Shown piece by piece: positions 1 to 9,500 of a stretch of DNA of 64,000 nucleotides (position 1 is its first letter; each line of letters starts with the position of its first letter). This DNA comes from an uncultured Verrucomicrobiae bacterium (lineage in GTDB: Bacteria > Verrucomicrobiota > Verrucomicrobiia > Chthoniobacterales > Chthoniobacteraceae). Under the pieces are notes generated by a model, which did not search any database, was not told the origin of the DNA, and worked only from the letters and a program-made list of their open reading frames with translations. The position numbers were made by a program, and so were the translations under genes. The stretch spans positions 103,506 to 167,505 of the forward strand of contig CAWIKF010000001.1 of NCBI GenBank assembly GCA_963836755.1, given 5' to 3'.

Positions 1-60
1 ATACTCGGCGGAAAACACTGCTGCCCAAACCTTGGAAGCATACAAGTTTGCGTTGAACTG

Positions 61-975
61 ATGTCCTCACCGCAAAAAGCTCATTCCGCGACAGTGCTGC
101 TTTCGATAGTGATTGTGACCTATCAATCGCGCGCTGAGATCGGAGCGTGCCTCGAATCAATTCCGCAGGAACTTTGTGGTGAGCCTGTGGAAGTCATCGT
201 AGTGGACAACGATTCAAAGGATGGCACTTTGCAAGCCATTCGTGAGGCTTATCCTGGGGTCAACGCGAGTTCCTCCGGCGCAAACCTAGGATTCGGACGT
301 GCGAACAATCTGGGAATTAGTTATGCCAGAGGCAGGTTCGTTCTATTTCTAAACCCAGACACCATCCTGAATCGAAACGCGCTGGAAGGCTGTCTTCAGC
401 GGCTAATGTCAGAGAGCGACATCGGCATTATTTCGCCGAAACTATTGCTCGAAACTGGTGAGATGGACTTGGCATGCAGGCGCTCCGTGCCGACGGTTTG
501 GGATGGCTTCATGCGGGCTTCAGGACTGGCCCGCATCTTTCCGCGAGTGCGTTTGTGCGCGGGTTATAACCTGACCTATTTGCCGGAGAATGAAACCTAC
601 TCCGTTGGCGCGGTGAATGGTGCATTCATGATGATCCCTCGCCGCGTCCTGGACGAGATCGGGCCGTTCGACGAAAAGTTTTTCATGTATGGGGAAGACC
701 TTGATCTCTGTCACCGCTGCAGCCTCGCCGGATACAAGGTGATCTATGACGGGCGTTACGCCGTCATCCATCTGAAAGGCCGCAGCTCTAGCAAGGATTA
801 TCGCGTAATGTCCCAGCAGGTGTTCGTGGGAACAAAACAGTTTTACCTAAAGCACTTCAACCGCGATAGCTCGCGATGGGTCCGATGGAAGTATGTGAGC
901 TTGTTCTGGTTGTGGAGCACCTATGCGATGATCGCGGGCAGTTTGACGCGGCACAAGGGCGCGCGCCCCGTCTAG
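61..975 (+). CDS. Family-2 glycosyltransferase (rhamnosyltransferase-like, GT-A fold)
   Basis: 304-aa ORF. IVIVTYQS...VDNDSKDGT nucleotide-sugar binding start, NPD (DxD-like) and YGEDLDLC motifs typical of GT2 enzymes. Confidence 0.85.
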   Translation: MSSPQKAHSATVLLSIVIVTYQSRAEIGACLESIPQELCGEPVEVIVVDNDSKDGTLQAIREAYPGVNASSSGANLGFGRANNLGISYARGRFVLFLNPDTILNRNALEGCLQRLMSESDIGIISPKLLLETGEMDLACRRSVPTVWDGFMRASGLARIFPRVRLCAGYNLTYLPENETYSVGAVNGAFMMIPRRVLDEIGPFDEKFFMYGEDLDLCHRCSLAGYKVIYDGRYAVIHLKGRSSSKDYRVMSQQVFVGTKQFYLKHFNRDSSRWVRWKYVSLFWLWSTYAMIAGSLTRHKGARPV

Positions 976-989
976 CGCAGGATAGGCGA

Positions 990-2528
990 CTAGTAAGCGT
1001 TATCGCGCTGGAAGAAAGTCATCAGCATGATTTGCAGATCGAGCATGATGTTCCAGTTCTCCAAATAGAAGAGATCGGCACGGATGCGTTCAGTGAGATC
1101 CGTGTCGCCGCGGAGACCTTTGACCTGCGCCCAGCCGGTAATGCCTGGCTTCACGTTGTGCCGCGCGTTGTAGTGCGGAATCTCCTGCTTGAAGTTTGCG
1201 ATCAGCTCCGGCCGCTCGGGGCGTGGACCAACGAGGCTCATTTCGCCCTTCAGCACGTTCCAAAACTGCGGGATTTCGTCGATATTCCATGCGCGCATGA
1301 AAGCTCCGATCCGAAGTCGTCTGGGATCATCACGCTGTGCCCATCTTGCCCCCGTTTCTTTTTCAGCATCCATGCGCATGCTGCGGATTTTGATGATGTC
1401 AAAGGACTCACCATTGCGCCCCATGCGACGTTGACGGTAAAAAATGGGCCCCGGCGATTCGAGGTATACCAAGCTTCCAAAGATCGCAATCAAGGGGACT
1501 GAGATAGCTAGTCCTATGAGTGCGCCGATTGCATCGGTAAGGCGTTTGGCGACGACGTTAAAGGTCCTATCGAGCGGTAACTGCGAAACGCCTAACACTG
1601 GGATGCCGCTCACTGTCTCGAGTTCGAGGCCTGAGATGAGGATTTGGAAGTAGGATGGGATGACTTTGAATTGCACCATCTCTCTCTCACACAGATTGGC
1701 CAGTCCCACGACTTCTCCTTTGACCACGTTCAAGTCCGCAAGAATCACGATATCTACGCCGTGACGGTGCATCAGTTGAGCGATATCTTGATACTCCCCG
1801 AGCACCGGCACATGTGGGTGATAGCGAAAGCGTGCATTCATTGAAGCCACGCACCCAGCGACTTCGTAGGAGGACATTTGCCCCATATCAAAGCTTCGGG
1901 CCAGGCGTTCCGACTCTTCATTCCAGCCGACAAAAAGAATCCTCTGACGGAGGCTCGTTGCGATGGAGGACTTGGCAAGGACGCGATGAAAAATGCAGCG
2001 CCAGACCAGCAAGAAAGTTAGCGCATTGAATGCAGAAATAGAAACGAAGACACGGGAGATCGGCGGCTGAAACTTAAAGATCACGGAGAAGCCAAGAAAG
2101 CCCACATACCAAAGCAGCGTCGCTTTGATGATGACCATCGCTACCTTCCGAAATTGCAGGAGTTTGTGACGCTCATAGACTTGGAAGTAGGCAAGCATCA
2201 AAACCAGCAACAGACAGCCGCAGGCAATGTAGCCGGCATAGTCGGCAAAGTTGACCTTCGCGATCACACCATAGTGCCTCATGACCGTGAAAAAGCGGAC
2301 CCAGAAGCCGGCCACCAATGCGCATAAGATGACGGCGCTATCGCAAAGCAGGCTGGTGATGACGAGGCGTTCAGCGAGTGTGCGGGACCCTCGACTCGAG
2401 AGTCTTTCCTCTGAGAAAGGAGCAGTAGAAACTTCTGCTACATCTGCCGCGCCGGTTTCCAGTGCAAAGGCAGGAGCCAAGGCTCCTTCCGACGTGTCCA
2501 AACAGCTTTCGTTTTTTGAAATAAACAT
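990..2528 (-). CDS. Polyprenyl-phosphate glycosyl-1-phosphate transferase (bacterial sugar transferase, WcaJ/EpsB-like initiating enzyme)
   Basis: 512-aa ORF with N-terminal TM helices and a C-terminal sugar-transferase domain (GPRPERPE, KPGITGWAQV, DLFYLENW). Convergent with the GT2 gene. Confidence 0.9.
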   Translation of the reverse strand: MFISKNESCLDTSEGALAPAFALETGAADVAEVSTAPFSEERLSSRGSRTLAERLVITSLLCDSAVILCALVAGFWVRFFTVMRHYGVIAKVNFADYAGYIACGCLLLVLMLAYFQVYERHKLLQFRKVAMVIIKATLLWYVGFLGFSVIFKFQPPISRVFVSISAFNALTFLLVWRCIFHRVLAKSSIATSLRQRILFVGWNEESERLARSFDMGQMSSYEVAGCVASMNARFRYHPHVPVLGEYQDIAQLMHRHGVDIVILADLNVVKGEVVGLANLCEREMVQFKVIPSYFQILISGLELETVSGIPVLGVSQLPLDRTFNVVAKRLTDAIGALIGLAISVPLIAIFGSLVYLESPGPIFYRQRRMGRNGESFDIIKIRSMRMDAEKETGARWAQRDDPRRLRIGAFMRAWNIDEIPQFWNVLKGEMSLVGPRPERPELIANFKQEIPHYNARHNVKPGITGWAQVKGLRGDTDLTERIRADLFYLENWNIMLDLQIMLMTFFQRDNAY

Positions 2529-2845
2529 GATGTCCCTAAAACCCTGTCATGCCCCATCAAATTGATTGGGCGCGTTGGACCCAGATTTTAGAGATTTCGC
2601 CAACGCCGTCAAGGGCGATCATATAGTTTTAATATTTTTATAGCCTCGCAATAAACATGACCATTTTCAAGACAGCCGCTTTCTCAATATCGCCGAGTGG
2701 GGGCGTTCTAAAAACGAGCGTCGGCATCAAAAATTGTTGCCATCCGGCCGAAACTCCCGCTATCCTCTCGAAACTTGATCGCGATTGATTCGCATCTGCC
2801 GCTGCAAATGCACAGTTGCGAGGGAACGAAGATCGAGTTGGAGAT

Positions 2846-2918
2846 GCGGGTGTAGCTCAGTTGGTAGAGCACTACCTTGCCAAGGTAGACGTCGCGAGTT
2901 CGAGTCTCGTCACCCGCT
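2846..2918 (+). tRNA. tRNA-Gly (anticodon GCC)
   Basis: 73-nt cloverleaf folded by hand: acceptor GCGGGTG/CACCCGC, D arm GCTC-AGTTGGTA-GAGC, anticodon arm CTACC-TTGCCAA-GGTAG, T arm GCGAG-TTCGAGT-CTCGT. CCA not encoded. Confidence 0.93.
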
Positions 2919-3270
2919 TATTCTTCTTCGCCGAGGCGGCTACTGCCCCGTAACATTTAAATCGACAAAAGCGGCATTTGGGGGAACCGCGAATGTTGAT
3001 GACAGCGTTCCCGCTCCCTCCTCACCCGGCGAGGCCGACGGGGACTGGAAAACGCTTTTTTTCAGCCGCTCTAAAAAGTAAACGGTGAAATGCCCCGAGT
3101 TACGAAGCTCTTCCGCCGCAGGTTTTCAGCTTTGCGTTTGCTGGACCCGAAGGCAACATGGACTTCCGCCGAGCAATCTGATTTCGAATTGCCGTTTCCG
3201 TTTTGCATCGGATATTAGGTCGGATAACATGCGGAACTGAATCGCTTGAGAGAGCCGTTCACCGAGGATT

Positions 3271-3343
3271 GCCGGCATAGCTCAGTTGGTAGAGCAGCTG
3301 ATTTGTAATCAGCAGGTCATCGGTTCGAGCCCGATTGCCGGCT
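3271..3343 (+). tRNA. tRNA-Thr (anticodon TGT/UGU)
   Basis: 73-nt cloverleaf: acceptor GCCGGCA/TGCCGGC, D arm GCTC-AGTTGGTA-GAGC, anticodon arm GCTGA-TTTGTAA-TCAGC, T arm ATCGG-TTCGAGC-CCGAT. CCA not encoded. Confidence 0.93.
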
Positions 3344-3960
3344 TACTCGGAGTTGGCACTTACTCAAGTTGCCAGGATTGATTGAGAAATCAGTGCCACT
3401 AAAAAGACCTTTTATATAACAATTATACTTATTCCCCCGCTGTTCGAACAAATGACGACGATCCCGATGCCCACATCTCCTCTGTTTGGATACGATAGGA
3501 TAGTCGCCGGCAATTTTGTTTAACAGGCGCACTTTGAGTGAACCATTCATCCCGGTCCTCGTGTCGCCCAGTCGCCGGCACCCGTATGAACCCGATCTGC
3601 GCGTTTTTCGGCAACTTGCGTCACAGCGGCCACCGCGCCGGAAAAGCCGACTCCGGGCCGCGCTTGCGCCATTCTCCCATTCGCCCTTTCCCCGGAGCCG
3701 GTTTTTCAACCACGCGCTTATTTTACGCAAGTGACATAGGACATTGGCTGTCCCAAGCTCCAAAAATCTGCATGTCATTTTTTTCGGCTCGGGCGGCAGA
3801 TGTCCTACCCCGCGCGGCCACGCCCGATTCCTATCGACAACTTCATAGAGCGCGATCGCGGGATTGCTCTTCGCGAGGATGTCGCCAGAGAAAGCCATCA
3901 AGTTGAATGGACAAACAATGTTCGGCACCAGCAATCCTCGCTTCAGTCTTAATTGAGTAA

Positions 3961-5049
3961 ATGAATCTTGTTCGGGAAACCGGTTCGCGCTTGCCTGTCA
4001 GCACAAAGGCAGATACCGGGTTGGACGTGCGAAGTCCAACATCTGCCATGCGTCGAAGTGCAAAACGCAAGACCGCCTTTCATTCGCGACCACCGCTGGA
4101 GCGCATGATGCGGTTACATGAGAAGCTCAAAGCCGGTAAATTTCCCAACTGTCGCAAGCTCGCCGAGGAGCTGGAGGTCTCTTCGAAAACAATCCAGCGT
4201 GACATCGATTTCATGCGCGACCGGCTCAATCTGCCGATCGAATACGACCAGCTCCACTTTGGCTTCGCCTACACCGAGCCGGTGACGAGTTTCCCGAGCA
4301 TTGAAGTTTCGGAAGGCGAAATCGTAGCTCTGTTCGTGGCGCAAAAAGCGATGGAACAATACAAAGGCACGCCGTTCGAGAAGTCGCTCAAGACGGCGTT
4401 TGAAAAGATCAGCGAGGGACTCCAGGACACTATTGATTTTCATTGGCACGAAGTGGATTCGGCAATCTCGTTTCGCGGGATTGGGAAGAGCATCGCGGAC
4501 ATCGAGTTATTTGAAATCGTGAGCCGTGCTGTGCTCAAATCGCACGAGCTGGCGTTTGAATACAAGAAGCTCCATGGATCACAGCACGAGTCTCGACGTG
4601 TGCAGCCTTACCACCTCGGCTGTGTGGAAAATCAGTGGTATCTTTTCGGCTTCGATCTCGTGCGCCAGCAACGCCGGACCTTCGCGCTGCCACGGATGCG
4701 AAAGCTCCGTGATACAGGCGCTAGGTTCAAACGCCCGGCCGATTTTTCAATCACCAAACATCTGGGCGACAGTTTTGGCGTGTTCACGGGCAACGGAAGG
4801 CGCCGTGTCCGGATCCGTTTCGACGAATTTGCCAGCCGGCTTGTGAGCGAGCGCCAGTGGCATCCATCGCAGAAAATCAAGCAGCTTCGCAACGGCGAGA
4901 TCGAGCTCACTTTGGACCTCGGCGGTCTCGAGGAAATCGAGCGCTGGATTCTGAGTTGGGGCATACATGCGCGTGTGTTGGAGCCACGAGCACTGATTGA
5001 TCAGGTTCGGAACGTCGTGGACGTGATCAGGAAAAATTACGAGAGTTGA
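3961..5049 (+). CDS. HTH + WYL domain transcriptional regulator
   Basis: 362-aa ORF; ATG 4048 is the more likely start. N-terminal winged HTH (FPNCRKLAEELEVSSKTIQRDIDFMRDRLNLPIEYD), central WYL-type domain (RRVQPYHLGCVENQWYLFGFD) and a C-terminal extension. Confidence 0.85.
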   Translation: MNLVRETGSRLPVSTKADTGLDVRSPTSAMRRSAKRKTAFHSRPPLERMMRLHEKLKAGKFPNCRKLAEELEVSSKTIQRDIDFMRDRLNLPIEYDQLHFGFAYTEPVTSFPSIEVSEGEIVALFVAQKAMEQYKGTPFEKSLKTAFEKISEGLQDTIDFHWHEVDSAISFRGIGKSIADIELFEIVSRAVLKSHELAFEYKKLHGSQHESRRVQPYHLGCVENQWYLFGFDLVRQQRRTFALPRMRKLRDTGARFKRPADFSITKHLGDSFGVFTGNGRRRVRIRFDEFASRLVSERQWHPSQKIKQLRNGEIELTLDLGGLEEIERWILSWGIHARVLEPRALIDQVRNVVDVIRKNYES

Positions 5050-5320
5050 CGGCGCCGGCGGGAACCTCGGTCGCAGACAAGCGCGAACTCACCCTGCACG
5101 AGAATCGGCGCGGATGAGCGTCCCTGGATAACCGCCCGAAGTTTCTGGAACTTGTGGTGAACGTGTTCCGCGGTGAGCCAGCGCTGTTTGGGTCTGCGGT
5201 TTGGATAATGTGTCGTGTTCATGCGCGCTAAGATTCGCACGACCAGTGGGACATACGTTGTCCCACAGGAGGGAAAAAGAAACGCATCGCGCCCATCGAC
5301 GCTTTCGCTCGATTGCAGAA

Positions 5321-5338
5321 CAGTGCCCGCGGGCACTG
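5321..5338 (-). terminator. Candidate terminator hairpin downstream of the HupE-like gene
   Basis: Perfect 18-bp palindrome CAGTGCCCGCGGGCACTG, 27 nt past the minus-strand stop at 5365. The trailing T-run is weak (TTCTGC). Confidence 0.3.
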
Positions 5339-5364
5339 ACACGGTCGCGGTCAGGATTTATCCG

Positions 5365-6555
5365 TCACGTTGAAACGTTGACTAGGAGACGTTGAACGGT
5401 CCACACCGCCGCCGTGATCGCGATGAGGCTGGAGGCGGGAATTACGATGCAACGCCGATACCAAGGACGATGACGAAACCAGCCCACGACCAGAAAGGCG
5501 GCGGTGATGACTGCAAGCTGCCCGCACTCGACGCCCACGTTGAAGCCGATCAGTCCGGTCAGGAAATTATTCCGGGCCAGGCCGACTTTGGCAAAGGCAC
5601 TGGCAAAACCCAGGCCGTGAATGAGCCCGAAGGAGAAGACAATCAAGGGTCGCCACGGTTTGAGTTCGCCGGTGCAAATATTTTCCACGGCGATGTAAAC
5701 AATCGAGGCGGCAATGAGCGGCTCCGTGATCGACGACGGAAGGCGGATGACGCCGTAAATGGAAAGGCCCAACGTGATGGAATGGGCTACGGTGAAGGCA
5801 GAGACCTGCCAGAGAAGAGCGGTGAGACGGTTACTGAGCAAGAAAAGTCCCAGGACAAAGAGGATGTGGTCCAGGCCTTCGGGAACGATGTGGCGAAAGC
5901 CGACCACGACGTAGCGACCGAAATTAGTCAGGTGCGAAGCAGTTCCAGTCGGCGGAAGCCTCAGTTTGATATCGCTGGAATACTCGCCTGCGGCGACAGG
6001 CTCGTCGTGACTTTCGCCATTGGGCAGCTCGTAGACATGGACCGTGTCACCGAGGACGTAGGGCAGACGGATGGAGATGGTGTGTGCGTTCGCAGGCAAA
6101 GTGCCGGAGAAAGAGATATCTCCAGGCATCAAAATTCTCGGCTGGATTTTGCGCGCGAGGACCTCATCGACTTCAGCCAAACCGGGCATTTGCCACGAGG
6201 TGGGGACGACATCCCCGGCATCGGTGCGGATTACGACTTCTCGCCGGAAGCGATCGCCGGAATCGGAGAGCATCTGGCCCAGGTTCGCCCGCGGGCCATT
6301 CAGCAGGGCTTCGAGTTGCTCATTGGTAGTGGCGGCAGAAGTTTGTTCGAGCGCGTAGGAGAGGATGTCGATATTCACGTTCGCCCGAAAGTTCCCGGAG
6401 GGCTCGATCTCGATTTGCAGGGTGGTGAATTGCGCCGGGTGGGCCAGCGCCGACTGTGTCAGCAGCGCAAACAGGCCCAGTGTTCCGGCCACGACCCAGG
6501 ATTTACTCACCGCTCTTTTGCGACTGGCTGAAGAGCGCCTTGACTTCCTTTTCAC
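5365..6555 (-). CDS. HupE/UreJ-family membrane protein with a periplasmic N-terminal domain
   Basis: 396-aa ORF. Signal peptide (LFALLTQSALA-HP), a soluble part of about 200 aa, then HupE/UreJ-type TM region (LDHILFVLGLFLLS, TVAHSITLG, HGLGFA). ATG 6555 overlaps the GH38 3' end by 53 nt. In-frame GTG 6510 overlaps only its last 8 nt. Confidence 0.8.
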   Translation of the reverse strand: MKRKSRRSSASRKRAVSKSWVVAGTLGLFALLTQSALAHPAQFTTLQIEIEPSGNFRANVNIDILSYALEQTSAATTNEQLEALLNGPRANLGQMLSDSGDRFRREVVIRTDAGDVVPTSWQMPGLAEVDEVLARKIQPRILMPGDISFSGTLPANAHTISIRLPYVLGDTVHVYELPNGESHDEPVAAGEYSSDIKLRLPPTGTASHLTNFGRYVVVGFRHIVPEGLDHILFVLGLFLLSNRLTALLWQVSAFTVAHSITLGLSIYGVIRLPSSITEPLIAASIVYIAVENICTGELKPWRPLIVFSFGLIHGLGFASAFAKVGLARNNFLTGLIGFNVGVECGQLAVITAAFLVVGWFRHRPWYRRCIVIPASSLIAITAAVWTVQRLLVNVST

Positions 6556-9500
6556 TCAACGCGCCGCGGCGCAAAGTAAAGTTTTTGATGCTGCCCTCAA
6601 AAGCGTGTTGGTGTTCCCACGGATCGGTCGCGCCCACACTAATGATAGGATCGGCATCCGCCCCAAATCGGGCATGGGCCTTGCCGATGGACTCGCCATC
6701 TTTATACAAGGCGACATTATCTCCGTTGAAGGTAACCGTCAGCATTTGCCAGCGTCCCACGTCGAGCGGCGAATTCGTCTTCACGTTTTTTCCACCATGC
6801 CAAAATTCGATGCCATCCGGGTAAACGGCGAGGTAACGGGCACCGGCAGCGACGCTTGTTTTGTCCTCAGCTTTTCCGAAGCCAACAAGAATCACCCGCT
6901 GCTCCGGCTTGGCTTCGGCCCTGACGAATACGTTCATGGTCCACGCATCTTTTTGGTGCACCGGAAGGTCCGATACGGGCTTGGTGACAGTCTCCGCAGG
7001 TAACTTCGCAGCGGCGAGGCTGTAGATGATATTGTCGGCCTTGAACGGCTTCGTCACCGGCACCATCTGATTCGCGGCCGGCGCAGTGTCCTTGATTCCA
7101 TGCAGTGCGACGGTGTAGGAAGTGCCGGAAATCAGGGGGCTGTCGAACACGAGGGTGGCGGTCATTCCATCCGGGGAAAGGCTGACCGTCGTTACGGGCG
7201 CAGGCGGCTGAATGGTGTAGTTCTTCGCGTCCGATGCAGTGGCGTTGTCTAACGGTTCAGAGAAGGCAAGAATCAGGCTTTTCGCCTTGTCGGTGAAGGC
7301 GCTGAGGAGCTGGGGCGGATTGGTGTCGTGGATGTTGATCATGCCGCGAGTGATCGGCCCTTGCCGGCCACCTGTATCGATTTGCCGGACGGCGATGTTG
7401 ACCGTATCAGCCTTGTAAAACGGACCATCGTAAACCGGGGATGCCGCAGTCGGATCGCTGCCATCGAGCGTGTAGTGCAGATCGTGCGGGTGATAGTAGA
7501 GCGGCGGGATGAGCGAGATCTTCGTCGCATTCGCGAAGGTCTGGCCCGCCTGCGGAATAATCGGCGCGCCGCCCATTAGGTGATCGGCTAGCGTGTCGTA
7601 TAGCGGCGCTGCGGGAGGAGTCGCTGCGGGCTGGCGGCTGACGCTGACCGCAAAGACGCGGATTTTTGGATTGTCCGGCAAGGTCAAATTCTTTGCTCCC
7701 TTGGGCAGGTCGTAACTGAGTTGGAAAAGATACGAAAACTCATAGTATGCGTCACCTTGGGGCGTGTTGTGATGAGTGGCGAACCAGGCTACGGGCGTGC
7801 GCTTGATGAAGCCCGGCGTAAGGCCAATCGGCGGGTCCTTATGCTCAACATTGAAGGCGTCGGCCTGCGCTTCCGAATATGCTCCCGTGTCTGCCGGATC
7901 CCAGACTCGGTTATCCCATTGGCCGATGAAGCCGGTCCAATTCGGCACGTCGAAGGGGTGGTCCGCGTTCCCGATCTTGATCTGGCTGGACGCATCGCCA
8001 TCGGCAGCGACGAGCAAATGGACGCGGTTGAACTCGCCGGCTGGTATTTCGAGCTTTTGGCCATGGGCAGCGAGTGCGTTCCTGGCCCCGTTCGCGATGG
8101 GGCCGAGCTTGAATTCAACGCCCTCGCGCGTGAGCTGCTGCGGGAACATTTCCGCCGGATAGGTTCCTCCATTCCCATCCATTGCGCCATCGTCGCGCTT
8201 CGCTCGGGAACTCGCGACATCCGTGTCGTAGGCGAGCGGCACGGACTGGCTGGTCACGGCTTCGACTGCCGCAGTGGGCGGAGCAAGCTTAATAGCGAAA
8301 GCGCGAAGTCCGTAACCTTTCATGTCAAAACTGAGCGCCCCATTCGTGACCGTCGCGCTGCCGACGGAGCGCTCTTGCGCGTCAATTTCCCGAGCGGCCG
8401 TGATGGCCGTGGCACCGTGAAGGAGCAGGCCGGTGGCAGGTTTGCCGGTAAGTTCCTTAAACCTGACGACGATTTCCTTGGAGTCCTCCGCCTGCTTGAC
8501 GGCCATGATCTGGACTTGGTCGCTGCCGAGGGAAAGTAACGAAAAAGTTTTACCCAAGGCACCGGCGTGAGCTGCGGGTAGGAAGGCCCGAAGCGGCTGA
8601 TTCAATCGTGCGGCCTGCGTAGGGGTGTGGCCTGCAACCCAGTCACGCTGATGAGCAGCCAGAGCCAGGAGAATTTCATGCCGCCCGATGTCTTGACTTG
8701 CTTGATCGTTCGGCCCGCGCCCTGGGGCTGGCGTATAGATCATGGTCGTCCGAAGCGTATGATCATCGGGTTTGTCTGATCCGTATTTGGAATCGTTTAA
8801 AACCGATACACCGAACGCTCCTCCCGTATCGGTGAGATCCATCCACTGTTGCTGGGACATCTCGAAGCATTTCGGGTTGTTGTTGCCGCGCTTCACAACG
8901 CCAACCTTGTCCTCAAACGCACCGTCCGGATTACCGGCGGCAAAATGAAAATCTGCGCGCAGGCTCGCTTCCAATGAACGCCAGTCGATGTTGTTGAGGA
9001 TCTCCACGCGATCACCCGCACTGCCCGCGGCCAGACGAATTTCCTGAGTGAAAACGGAATTTTCCGTTACTCGTTTCACCTCGAGTGTCACTCGCGCCGG
9101 GCCATTTTCCGCGATGCGGAACTTGGCAGGACCACTGACATAATTGCGTGCGGGTTTTACGCGGTCTTCGTAATACATGTTCCAAGAGGGATACGCCGGG
9201 GGATTTTCCGGGTTGATGGAGAGACGCGCCGGAGCGGAAAGCAACTCGCGCTTGAGCGATTTATCAAAGATTGACGCGATATCTCCGGCGGCGTTCAACG
9301 TGACGCGGTAGCGGGCATTCTCCAGCGAGTTTTCGGTGACATTCAACTTGGGCTCGGAGATAGGGCCTGCGCCCGGGCGCAAATCGTAGATGGCGTAGCC
9401 GAGGGAGGGTGCCTTGGCGATAAAGAGCACTTTCAGTGAGTTGCTGTCGTGAGCAAGAATCTGGGTCGGCACGGGTTGACCTTGGGAATCGTAGGCTGTG

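Noticed and set aside
3317-3934. 205-aa minus-strand ORF and overlapping plus-strand ORFs in the gap after tRNA-Thr, considered as an integrase or cargo-gene remnant
   Set aside because: The translations are Arg/Ser/Pro/Gly-rich with no integrase (R..H.R..Y) or other motif I can recognise. I also saw no copy of the tRNA-Thr 3' end elsewhere in the window that could mark an att site.
5037-5222. 61-aa basic ORF (MNTTHYPNRRPKQRWLTAEHVHHKFQKLRAVIQ...) convergent with and overlapping the WYL gene, preceded by a GTGGGACA-TACGT-TGTCCCAC hairpin at 5246-5266
   Set aside because: No family recognised. It overlaps the WYL stop by 13 nt, and the sequence is compatible with chance in GC-rich DNA. Kept only as a note because of the neat hairpin upstream.
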